Virus record (IMG/VR): IMGVR_UViG_3300021356_000099
Coordinates: 1-31,313 of that record
Reading direction: 5' to 3' (one strand)
From: a virus
Lineage: Duplodnaviria; Caudoviricetes
DNA: 31,313 nt
The notes beneath the pieces are model-generated. The model made no database searches. It had not been told where the DNA came from and saw nothing but the letters and a program-made list of their open reading frames with translations. This document shows, in pieces, positions 8,070 through 16,044 of the stretch (its first letter is position 1; every line of letters begins with the position of its first letter). Position numbers and translations under genes: made by a program.

Positions 8070-10715
8070 ATGACGTTTGTACGTAATTTTGATGGTGCAC
8101 AAGTCTTTTATGTTGACTCATCAACAGTAGATGGCGCATCAACATGTGACATCAGTTCTGTGAATTTGTACTTCAAAAGTAAACCAGATTTACTTTTGAA
8201 TTTAAATGATTATACGACTGGTGCATATGTATGCGTTGTTCCTACGCGTTATGGTGTTCCATTCATCACACGTGACAGTTCGCTGTTCACGGGTCATATA
8301 GCAGAAGTTAGTTATAATGATATTTTGACATCTTCTGATGCTACGGTCCCAACAAAGTTTACTTTTTTACGACCAATGAGCGTAACGACTGATACTGAAT
8401 ATGCATTGTTATTTGCTTTCGATGCATCAGCACAATATGTTCTATGGAAATCAAAAGTAAATGAAATATTGACCGGTTCAACTGATATCTCACCAGGACC
8501 TTCAAATAAGTTCATTGGCCGCTTCTTTACAATCAATACTCTTTTCGTGGCTGATACGACGACTGATTTAGATGAATATTTGAAAAACTGGAGACCACTG
8601 GCAGATACATCGATTAAGTTTGATATCAATATTGCTCGATATGCACATAGTGGCATTCCAGTATCTGGCAACACATCATTGCCAGTGGGTGAAGTTAGAA
8701 ACACAAAACCACGGACTTCCATCACCGCAAATAATACGAGTTCAAACACAGGTTTCAACATCAACTTCAATTCATATGAATACGTCACATATGATTTTGA
8801 TAAGTCATCAGAAAAATTGTTCATCGGTGGGCAGATGCTTTATGCAAATACCGTTCATTATCCTGGTGGCTGGAACAATGGCAGCGATCATATTACTATT
8901 ACGACAAACCAAGGAAACAATATTATTGTAGCAAATACATTGCTACCAAACGGTTCAACTTTTGCATGGTCTGATATCTATTCTGTTGAAAATCAGGAAA
9001 ATGCAATTGTCATAACAGATGGCACCAAAACAAATATCCGCAAAATTAGGTCGATTCAATCAAATACACAAATGACACTTGATGAGGGTATTACTTTTAG
9101 CAATGCATCTGCTAAGTTTATGGTAACACCAGTTGGTCGTGCTCATTATTTTGACCGTTCATCACCGTTTGGCGTGCGAACATCAATGCTTACATTGGCA
9201 AATTCAACTGCCAACTCAACTGTTCGTTTTACCAACAACCAGATCACCTCGGTGGCAATCACAAGCGGTGGTTCTGGATACTCAAACTCAGATGTTCTGC
9301 ATATCAAAGGTTTTGAAAATGTAACTGATAAAGTTACTGGTGGTTATGTTGCCACTGCAAATATCGTAACAGATGGCGCAGGCGCAATCACTGCCGTTTA
9401 CTTCTCGAACACAGGTTGTGGTTTCGTTAATACGAATGCTATTGAAGCTGTTGTGGCAAACTCCACACAAACCACAAATACCACATCAAATACATCTGCT
9501 GGATCAAGTGCAACATTCTCATACTCCACTGGTTCTGTTATCAAAACGGCATATGGTAATAATGAATTTTATGATTGTGAGATTCGCAATCTTGATATGG
9601 CAGAATTTTTGCCATTCTTTAAGATTGATGGGGGTGCAACAGAAGTCGATTATAAGTTGAGACTTGAAGCAAACTACATTAAAAAGGATGCATCTGACAC
9701 ATTATCAGGAGAAGCATTTTTTGTCAACGATGGAACGTCAAACAATCAATTTGATGTACTCGTATATGAAAAAACAAGCACATCATTCAATGATGAAATT
9801 AATGCTATTATGTCAAAGTCAAATGAGTTCGTAACTGTATATGAAGATGGTTCACCAAATGATAAAGTATCAGCGAATCAAACAAACATTACTAGTGAAA
9901 GTTTGAAGATGCTTGTTGATGTTGATTATGTCAATACTGATTGGAATACTCTTCGTATGTTCGAACCAACTGTTACCTTTACTAAGTATATAATCAATAA
10001 CGATGCTACTAACGAGCATACTGATTTCGGTAATGCGTTTGCTAAAGGTATTAGCAAAAACATCAAATTGGCTAGAACAGCAGAAGATATTCGACTATTC
10101 ATTACTGCATATAAGCCAGCAGAAACAGATATCAAGGTATATGCGCGCATCTTTAAAAACGAAGACGCCGATGCATTTGATGATAAAAACTGGACTGAGC
10201 TTGAAATCAAAGAAGGTGAATCATTGCGCAGTTCTGTATCAGATCTGAATGATTTTGTTCAACTGGAATATGGTTTCTATCAAGTACCCCCGGATAGAAC
10301 AGTTCTTGATGGAACGGTTACTCTAACATCTGGTTCAACAACCGTTGAAGGTTCTGGTACTGACTTTGTCACTGACCTAGCTTCTGGTGATTTGGTTTAT
10401 CTATATCAACCATTGTTCCCTGAGAATCATATGGTGGTGTCTGTTTCTTCTGTTACAGATGCTGATACGATTGAGATAGATACTAGCACAACCAACACGT
10501 CTATTCTTGCAGAAGGTATGAAGATTGAGAAGATAGATTATCCACTACAGGCATTCAATAACAAGCAAAATGATAACGTTGTTCGTTATTATAATAGCAA
10601 TCAAGGTAAGTTTGATGGTTATGAAACAATGGCATTCAAGATCGTTATGCTTTCAAGTAATCCACAAAGGATACCAAGAATTGATGATGTTAGTGGTGCA
10701 GCAGTAAGTGCATAG
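8070..10715 (+). CDS. Structural protein corresponding to the C-terminal part of VrlC/DUF4815 proteins
   Basis: AQVFYV...SSVNLYFKSKP, DATVPTKFTF, AEDIRLFITAYKP.ETDIKVYAR and terminal FKIVMLSSNPQRIPRIDD..AVSA. Confidence 0.75.
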   Translation: MTFVRNFDGAQVFYVDSSTVDGASTCDISSVNLYFKSKPDLLLNLNDYTTGAYVCVVPTRYGVPFITRDSSLFTGHIAEVSYNDILTSSDATVPTKFTFLRPMSVTTDTEYALLFAFDASAQYVLWKSKVNEILTGSTDISPGPSNKFIGRFFTINTLFVADTTTDLDEYLKNWRPLADTSIKFDINIARYAHSGIPVSGNTSLPVGEVRNTKPRTSITANNTSSNTGFNINFNSYEYVTYDFDKSSEKLFIGGQMLYANTVHYPGGWNNGSDHITITTNQGNNIIVANTLLPNGSTFAWSDIYSVENQENAIVITDGTKTNIRKIRSIQSNTQMTLDEGITFSNASAKFMVTPVGRAHYFDRSSPFGVRTSMLTLANSTANSTVRFTNNQITSVAITSGGSGYSNSDVLHIKGFENVTDKVTGGYVATANIVTDGAGAITAVYFSNTGCGFVNTNAIEAVVANSTQTTNTTSNTSAGSSATFSYSTGSVIKTAYGNNEFYDCEIRNLDMAEFLPFFKIDGGATEVDYKLRLEANYIKKDASDTLSGEAFFVNDGTSNNQFDVLVYEKTSTSFNDEINAIMSKSNEFVTVYEDGSPNDKVSANQTNITSESLKMLVDVDYVNTDWNTLRMFEPTVTFTKYIINNDATNEHTDFGNAFAKGISKNIKLARTAEDIRLFITAYKPAETDIKVYARIFKNEDADAFDDKNWTELEIKEGESLRSSVSDLNDFVQLEYGFYQVPPDRTVLDGTVTLTSGSTTVEGSGTDFVTDLASGDLVYLYQPLFPENHMVVSVSSVTDADTIEIDTSTTNTSILAEGMKIEKIDYPLQAFNNKQNDNVVRYYNSNQGKFDGYETMAFKIVMLSSNPQRIPRIDDVSGAAVSA

Positions 10716-10736
10716 TATTTCATAAGGTCAAGACCT

Positions 10737-10764
10737 ATTATACACTAAAATAAAAGGTTGTCAA
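10737..10764 (-). promoter_or_regulatory. Consensus sigma70-type promoter pointing antisense into 8070..10715
   Basis: Minus strand reads TTGACA-16 bp-TATAAT. Confidence 0.6.
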
Positions 10765-10777
10765 TAGAAAAGTTTAG

Positions 10778-10806
10778 TTGACAACCAACTTTCTTTATGT
10801 TATTAT
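10778..10806 (+). promoter_or_regulatory. Sigma70-type (early-like) promoter
   Basis: TTGACA-17 bp-TATTAT with an extended -10 TGn; predicted start is at about ATG 10813. Confidence 0.65.
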
Positions 10807-10812
10807 GAGGAT

Positions 10813-11019
10813 ATGATGGAAGAGACGCCGATCAAGAATGCACCTGGATTCTATAGAAACTCCAATGGTGTTATTATAAATAAGAATGACTCGGACTATC
10901 AGCTTATCCTTGAAAGACGTAAGCACAAGCAGGAGATGCAAGCTGTAACGAATGACGTCGATACTATGAAGCAAGAGCTTGAACAACTAAAAGAAATAAT
11001 TAAGGCGATGGCGAAATGA
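10813..11019 (+). CDS. Small coiled-coil hypothetical protein typical of the post-VrlC position
   Basis: PGFYRNSNGVIINKN...Y followed by heptad-like VDTMKQELEQLKEII; stop overlaps the next start (ATGA). Confidence 0.75.
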   Translation: MMEETPIKNAPGFYRNSNGVIINKNDSDYQLILERRKHKQEMQAVTNDVDTMKQELEQLKEIIKAMAK

Positions 11020-11765
11020 CTGTATCCGTTACACTGATTGACATCAACACACAGAACTTTGAGGCTCTGGTTGATAAAGTCAATGAGGTTGCAAATCTTG
11101 TTAGTAACTCTGCTATCACGGCAAACACGACACAAGGTTTGACGACTGGCAATGTTTATGTTGATGGCATATTCTCTGTCACCACATTATCTGCAAACAC
11201 TGAACTGCGTGGTGGTAATGTCACTTCTGCTGCTGTTCTTACGATTGGTTCCAATGTCTCTGTCTCAACAGGCAACACCTTAACCATTGGTAACTCAACT
11301 GTCAACACTGCTATAACAGAAACAAGTGTAACTGTTGCGACTCTGACTGGTAATGTTGTTGGATCTCTTTCGGTTGGTACAACAGTGGTAAACTCGACGA
11401 CTGTATCTGCTGATAGTCTTATTGGTCCACTCACCGGCAATGTCTCGGGTTCACTTTCCACTGGCACAACTTCTGTGAATGCAACAGCAATCGATGTTGA
11501 TACGCTAACCGTTGCAGTTTCTACTGCCACATCAAACCTTTCTGCAACAAATGTTATCGACTTCGGTGGTTCTACAGATGCGGTTGAACTTCCACAAGGA
11601 ACAACGGCACAGCGCCCAGGAACGCCAGCAACTGGCATGATACGCTATAACTCAACCGAGTCATATTATGAGGCATATATATCTGGTGCTTGGCAACAAA
11701 TAGTTCTGGCAAGCGATCAATTGAAAGTTTTTGATGACGACGGAACAACACAACTGTTCCCATAA
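11016..11765 (+). CDS. Tail fibre-like virion protein
   Basis: Thr/Val/Ser/Asn-rich beta repeats (LTGNVVGSLSVGTT / LTGNVSGSLSTGTT) and the common fibre motif LPQGTTAQRP...GMIRYN. Confidence 0.7.
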   Translation: MTVSVTLIDINTQNFEALVDKVNEVANLVSNSAITANTTQGLTTGNVYVDGIFSVTTLSANTELRGGNVTSAAVLTIGSNVSVSTGNTLTIGNSTVNTAITETSVTVATLTGNVVGSLSVGTTVVNSTTVSADSLIGPLTGNVSGSLSTGTTSVNATAIDVDTLTVAVSTATSNLSATNVIDFGGSTDAVELPQGTTAQRPGTPATGMIRYNSTESYYEAYISGAWQQIVLASDQLKVFDDDGTTQLFP

Positions 11766-11782
11766 TACAAAGATGAGTTGAT

Positions 11783-12907
11783 ATGGCAAATCCTGTTAGA
11801 GTTGATAGAACTAAAACACCAAATGCAATACGAGTTATGACTGATGCTGAAATGGATTATGCTGCGCATAAGATCCTTGAAGCACACTACAATAATGTCA
11901 CAACACTTCAAGTAAATGGTTCAGTTGGCACGCGTATCAATATTGGTACACTTGATGATGTTGACTATGTAAATGCTGCGGGTTCAACCGACCTCACAAC
12001 AGCAACAACCAGTTTTGATTTTCTGGAAGATCGTGATTCTATATCAGAAAGCTTTGAGCAACCATTACATTGGGATGGTTCAAAGCTTGAGCGCCAGAAT
12101 GACACTGAACTAAATTCATCGCTTATTACACATGCTCTTACTCGTTATGTCGCTGATGGTTTGGGTTCATATCATCTAGCACCGACAGCACCAACAGTAG
12201 GTGGAACATGGGTTGAAGTGACATCATTGACCGATGAACTTGCTGCATCTCTATCAGACACTGGTACAAAGCTTTGGCGCCGAACAACACAAACAACACC
12301 AACCGAATTTAGACCACTCAAGACACAATTGAATGGTAACACATATGAGGTTGTTGAGTTTACTGATGCTGAACTAGAAGCTTTGTATAGTCGATTTCAT
12401 AATCAGCGTGTGACAACAGGTGTTGGCACATGGGCATTACAAGCAACGGCTCCTGGAACCGGAACATGGGTTCGTATGGGTACAGAACACACTGATGACA
12501 AGGCTGGTACAACAACTAGTTCATTTACAGGATTCTTCTCACAGTCATATCTTGGTCCAAATTTTGCTGGTCCAACTTATCTTGGTCCTGCATTTACACG
12601 AGGCTTTGCCCGCAATTTTGCACGAAACTTTGGCCGCAATTTTGGACGACAAGTAAATTTTATAAGATATTATGGCGGCGGCTCATCAACTCGTTTCTTC
12701 TCCCGCATCGTGAATTACACTGGATACTACACTGGATACTACACCGGCTTTTTCGTTGGTTCGTTTCAGGCAGGATATGCCGCAAACTACCAAGGATCTT
12801 TTTCTGGCCCGGCCTTCTCACAGATATATAATAATACGGTAATTGATGGTGATGCTGCTAATAAAGTTGGTGTTGCCAATTTCAGTCTTTGGATTAGGAG
12901 TGCATAA
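11783..12907 (+). CDS. Putative virion fibre/tip protein with aromatic tetrapeptide repeats
   Basis: Recurring N-terminal motifs (TDAEMD/NDTELN/TDAELE; TAP..GTWV twice), then (F/Y)xxx repeats such as RNFA/RNFG and YTGY. Confidence 0.65.
   Translation: MANPVRVDRTKTPNAIRVMTDAEMDYAAHKILEAHYNNVTTLQVNGSVGTRINIGTLDDVDYVNAAGSTDLTTATTSFDFLEDRDSISESFEQPLHWDGSKLERQNDTELNSSLITHALTRYVADGLGSYHLAPTAPTVGGTWVEVTSLTDELAASLSDTGTKLWRRTTQTTPTEFRPLKTQLNGNTYEVVEFTDAELEALYSRFHNQRVTTGVGTWALQATAPGTGTWVRMGTEHTDDKAGTTTSSFTGFFSQSYLGPNFAGPTYLGPAFTRGFARNFARNFGRNFGRQVNFIRYYGGGSSTRFFSRIVNYTGYYTGYYTGFFVGSFQAGYAANYQGSFSGPAFSQIYNNTVIDGDAANKVGVANFSLWIRSA
12601..12748 (+). repeat. Coding 12-bp-period repeats (RNFA/RNFG; YTGY)
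   Basis: TACACTGGATAC x2 plus TACACCGGC at 12716-12748; degenerate CG(C/A)AA(T/C)TTTG(C/G)n units at about 12611-12649. Confidence 0.85.
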
Positions 12908-13443
12908 TGAAACGCAAAATTGAACAACCATACTTTACTAGTGATGAAAAAAATCAGATTAGTTGTGTCTTTGAGTTTGCCGATGGTTCACGTGCTCAAG
13001 CCATGGTCAACAAAATGAATGGTGATGATGTCAATCCAGACTGGTCAGAAATTATTGAAACCTTTGGTGTCGATGATATCGAACAGAGAACCAAAGAAGT
13101 AATTGAGTTAGATATTGCCAGACAAAAAGAAGGTCTGGCTGGTGAAAAGCGACAGTTCGAAGAGCATCTGTTCAACCTTAAGCTCGAAGTATTTGAGATT
13201 CCAGAAATCAAGGCATCAAAGAATACTAAGCTGAAGTCAAAGATCCGTCGTGCAAAGAAGCCTCTTGAAGTTCAACTGTGGGCAGGCGTTCTGTTGAAAT
13301 CAGAGTGGGATATTTCGATAGCAGAAGAGCCTAAACCAGCACCTGTTGCAAAAAAAGAACCGGCCACAAAAAAGCCACCCACAAAGAAACGCGCGACTAG
13401 CAAAGCCGCTGCTAAAAAGGCTGCGCCGAAAAATGAAGCATAA
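12907..13443 (+). CDS. Hypothetical protein with a Lys/Ala/Pro-rich C-terminal tail
   Basis: 178 aa, TAATG-coupled to the upstream gene; LFNLKLEVFEIPEIK..N..LKSKIRRAK core. Confidence 0.7.
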   Translation: MKRKIEQPYFTSDEKNQISCVFEFADGSRAQAMVNKMNGDDVNPDWSEIIETFGVDDIEQRTKEVIELDIARQKEGLAGEKRQFEEHLFNLKLEVFEIPEIKASKNTKLKSKIRRAKKPLEVQLWAGVLLKSEWDISIAEEPKPAPVAKKEPATKKPPTKKRATSKAAAKKAAPKNEA

Positions 13444-14125
13444 AGGCGATGGGTTTCTCATCGTCGCTTCGGTAAAACAGAAATTTGTTGAAGCTGGCAT
13501 CTCATGTGCTGATAGCATTCGTGAATACGCACCTGATGCCAGCATAACATTTGCCACCGAAAAACGTTTTGTTACCGATGAGATTCATGATCTGTGTGAC
13601 ATTGTTCTTGATGATGCGCCCAACCACAAACGTGCCAAGCTCTGGGCACTTCCAAAAACTCCATATGAACGAACATTCTATATTGATGCTGATTGTGAAG
13701 TTAGATCAAATAGAATAACCGAAGCATTTGATTTGCTTGGTGATGATGACATCATGCTAACCAAAATTCGTGAGTACGCTGCGGCCTATGTTCATTTTCC
13801 GGGTGGTTCGCTTGTTGATCATTGTGGTCTCTTTGTTTATAACTCTAAACCACATACCATAAACTTTATGCATAAGTGGTGGGAAACATATGAGATGCAA
13901 TGCACGCAATGGCCATGGGATGAAAACTTATATCCCTCAAAGCATTTGCGTGAGTGGGATCAATGGACATATTGGTGGCTAATGAATAAAACCGAGCATG
14001 CAATCAAGCACAGTTATTTTCCTGAACCTGACTGTATATGGAACTGGGTTAACACATATCAAGATTCTCGTGAAAAGATAGATATAGATGACGTTATAAT
14101 TTGGCACCATACCATAAAAGGTTGA
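13433..14125 (+). CDS. GT-A fold glycosyltransferase (GT8-like)
   Basis: RAKLWALPKTPYERTFYIDAD (DxD), WDQ and C-terminal HH. Start reassigned to ATG 13433 (MKHKGDGFLIVAS). Confidence 0.8.
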   Translation: MKHKGDGFLIVASVKQKFVEAGISCADSIREYAPDASITFATEKRFVTDEIHDLCDIVLDDAPNHKRAKLWALPKTPYERTFYIDADCEVRSNRITEAFDLLGDDDIMLTKIREYAAAYVHFPGGSLVDHCGLFVYNSKPHTINFMHKWWETYEMQCTQWPWDENLYPSKHLREWDQWTYWWLMNKTEHAIKHSYFPEPDCIWNWVNTYQDSREKIDIDDVIIWHHTIKG

Positions 14126-14129
14126 TACT

Positions 14130-14759
14130 ATGTTTTTTATTGATGAATTGAATGAAGAGCTTCTTGATATTTTGAATGGTTATTCTGACTGGTTCTTTAA
14201 TTTAGACCATTTACGTATTAAGCTTGATGGCAAACCAGATATTGATGAGTATTATATTGGTGAAAAATATCTTGAGCTGATGAAAACATATGATAAAAAC
14301 TCGAAGGAAGGTGAAGGCTTTCCAATGATAACATATGGCACCAACTGTGAGTTACCGCGCATTATGCCAAATGAATATGTTGATACATTTCAAGATTATC
14401 GGCATAAGTTAGTTGAATATCTTGGTGCCAGAAACTCCGCTGTTGCTATGTGGTATCCTAAGAACGGATATATGTCATGGCACAATAACGCCAATGCATC
14501 TGGCTATAATATTCTGATATCATATAACAAGACCGGTGATGGTTGGTTTCGCTATCAAGATCCAACCACCAAGGAAATTGTTACTCTTCAAGATCGTCCT
14601 GGCTGGGCCGTCAAGGTTGGTTACTTTGGTTCATTTGATGAACCCGATAAGATCTTTTGGCACTGCGCTAAGACTTTCAATGAAGATCGTCTGACCTTTG
14701 GATTCGTCTTGCCGCACCTTGAGATGTGGGAAATGATGATTGAGGATATCAGGGCTTGA
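14130..14759 (+). CDS. Fe(II)/2OG oxygenase-like (double-stranded beta-helix) protein
   Basis: YPKNGYMSWHNN...ILISY..TGDG.F...FWHCA....RLTFGF: two His ligands and a distal Arg, with H-x-N in place of H-x-D. Confidence 0.65.
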   Translation: MFFIDELNEELLDILNGYSDWFFNLDHLRIKLDGKPDIDEYYIGEKYLELMKTYDKNSKEGEGFPMITYGTNCELPRIMPNEYVDTFQDYRHKLVEYLGARNSAVAMWYPKNGYMSWHNNANASGYNILISYNKTGDGWFRYQDPTTKEIVTLQDRPGWAVKVGYFGSFDEPDKIFWHCAKTFNEDRLTFGFVLPHLEMWEMMIEDIRA

Positions 14760-15431
14760 CCAATAGTGTTCAAAGCCTTCATATGCGCTTTCATCAAAGT
14801 TGTGTCCAAGGCCATTGAATATGCATATCATATAATCTGGCTTATCATAGAAGTTAAACACATCGGGTGCTGTTTCTCTTGGCCCTTGATTGTGTACGTC
14901 ATACCAATCACCAAACAGCCTTGAATATATCATTCCTTTTGGGAATAGTGAGAAGCAATAAGTTTGGTGCCAGATAAACTCATCAATGCCACGATATGTG
15001 TTAATCCATTTATTTCGGTCTGATGAGAACTTATCCCAAATTTCTTGGCCATCACCTGGTGTCCATAGCATAACAGAACTGTTCAGGTGCTTTTGGCTTC
15101 GATGTATTTTCACCTTACCTGGCCGATTACTTTCTATGAGCTCATCAATATTGTTTTGAATGACAACATCAAGATCCAGATAGAGGCATAGAGCATCGTC
15201 TGTGATGACGTTAGGATTGAATAGAGAAAGTTTGTTCCACCATATTTCGAGCTTATTGTCTTCTGGTATGGGTATGATTTCGACTTCATCACGAACACCA
15301 CTCGGGTCATCGGTATAACACTTCATCGTGATGTCAAAACGAGTGTTGGCTTTTACCATGTCATATATACGATTGACATATGATGAGTCAAACTTATCAC
15401 CCCATTTGACAGTGAGGACTTGAATTTTCAT
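14631..15431 (-). CDS. GT-A fold glycosyltransferase
   Basis: TVKWGDKF...YVNRIYDMV, CYTDD, WWNKLSLF, LYLDLDVVI (DxD), NSSVMLW, GIDEFI. Confidence 0.8.
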   Translation of the reverse strand: MKIQVLTVKWGDKFDSSYVNRIYDMVKANTRFDITMKCYTDDPSGVRDEVEIIPIPEDNKLEIWWNKLSLFNPNVITDDALCLYLDLDVVIQNNIDELIESNRPGKVKIHRSQKHLNSSVMLWTPGDGQEIWDKFSSDRNKWINTYRGIDEFIWHQTYCFSLFPKGMIYSRLFGDWYDVHNQGPRETAPDVFNFYDKPDYMICIFNGLGHNFDESAYEGFEHYWSSPDILNHHFPHLKVRQDESKGQTIFIESLSAVPKDLIGFIK

Positions 15432-16044
15432 GTTTCAACTTTCTTATCAACGAGCTGCAATGTACCTGGACTTATATAGACTTGCTGAATTGAACTTCGG
15501 TGAGGATGGCCAGAAAAGATTTCTTGATGCTCTGAGATTGTCACAAGTAAAAGGCAAAGAATGGCTTGTTACTGAGTTGGCAAAGCATGTTCCTATTAAA
15601 CCTCTTGAAATAGAAATTGTTGGTGGATGGTTTGGCTTTCCTTTGATTGATATGTTATATGATACCTTTAGCATTGATCGTATTACTATATGGGATATCG
15701 ATCCGATGGCAACGACTATGCAAAGCGTCTATAGAGAAGTCAGTAGTTTTGATTTTGAGTGTGTCAATGATAACTATTGGAATAAACAGCAAACTACGCC
15801 TGATGTTGTCATTAATTGTTGTGCAGAGCACATGACAGAAACCTTTGCTACACATTGGACATATGATAATAATCCACTCATTGCGATTCAATCAACGAAT
15901 GCTGATGCATCTGATCACTGCAATCAAGTTAACAACCCAGATGAAATCGAAAAACAAAACGTCTTATTGAATGTCAAGTATAAAGGCGCAATGCCTTTAC
16001 TGAATAGAAACAAAAGGTTTATGGTTATAGGATATACACAATGA
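15430..16044 (+). CDS. Class I SAM-dependent methyltransferase-like protein
   Basis: SQVKGKEWLV, IEIVGGWFG (motif I), WDIDP (acidic motif II), VINCCAEHM, KRFMVIG. Confidence 0.7.
   Translation: MFQLSYQRAAMYLDLYRLAELNFGEDGQKRFLDALRLSQVKGKEWLVTELAKHVPIKPLEIEIVGGWFGFPLIDMLYDTFSIDRITIWDIDPMATTMQSVYREVSSFDFECVNDNYWNKQQTTPDVVINCCAEHMTETFATHWTYDNNPLIAIQSTNADASDHCNQVNNPDEIEKQNVLLNVKYKGAMPLLNRNKRFMVIGYTQ

Noticed and set aside
12601-12748. CRISPR-like array or DGR variable repeat
   Set aside because: The repeats are in-frame 12-bp coding units without spacers, and no reverse transcriptase or template repeat was found.
13346-13432. Longer N-terminus for the first glycosyltransferase as given in the ORF track
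   Set aside because: It is an alternative-frame reading of the upstream gene's low-complexity tail; ATG 13433 gives a normal short overlap.
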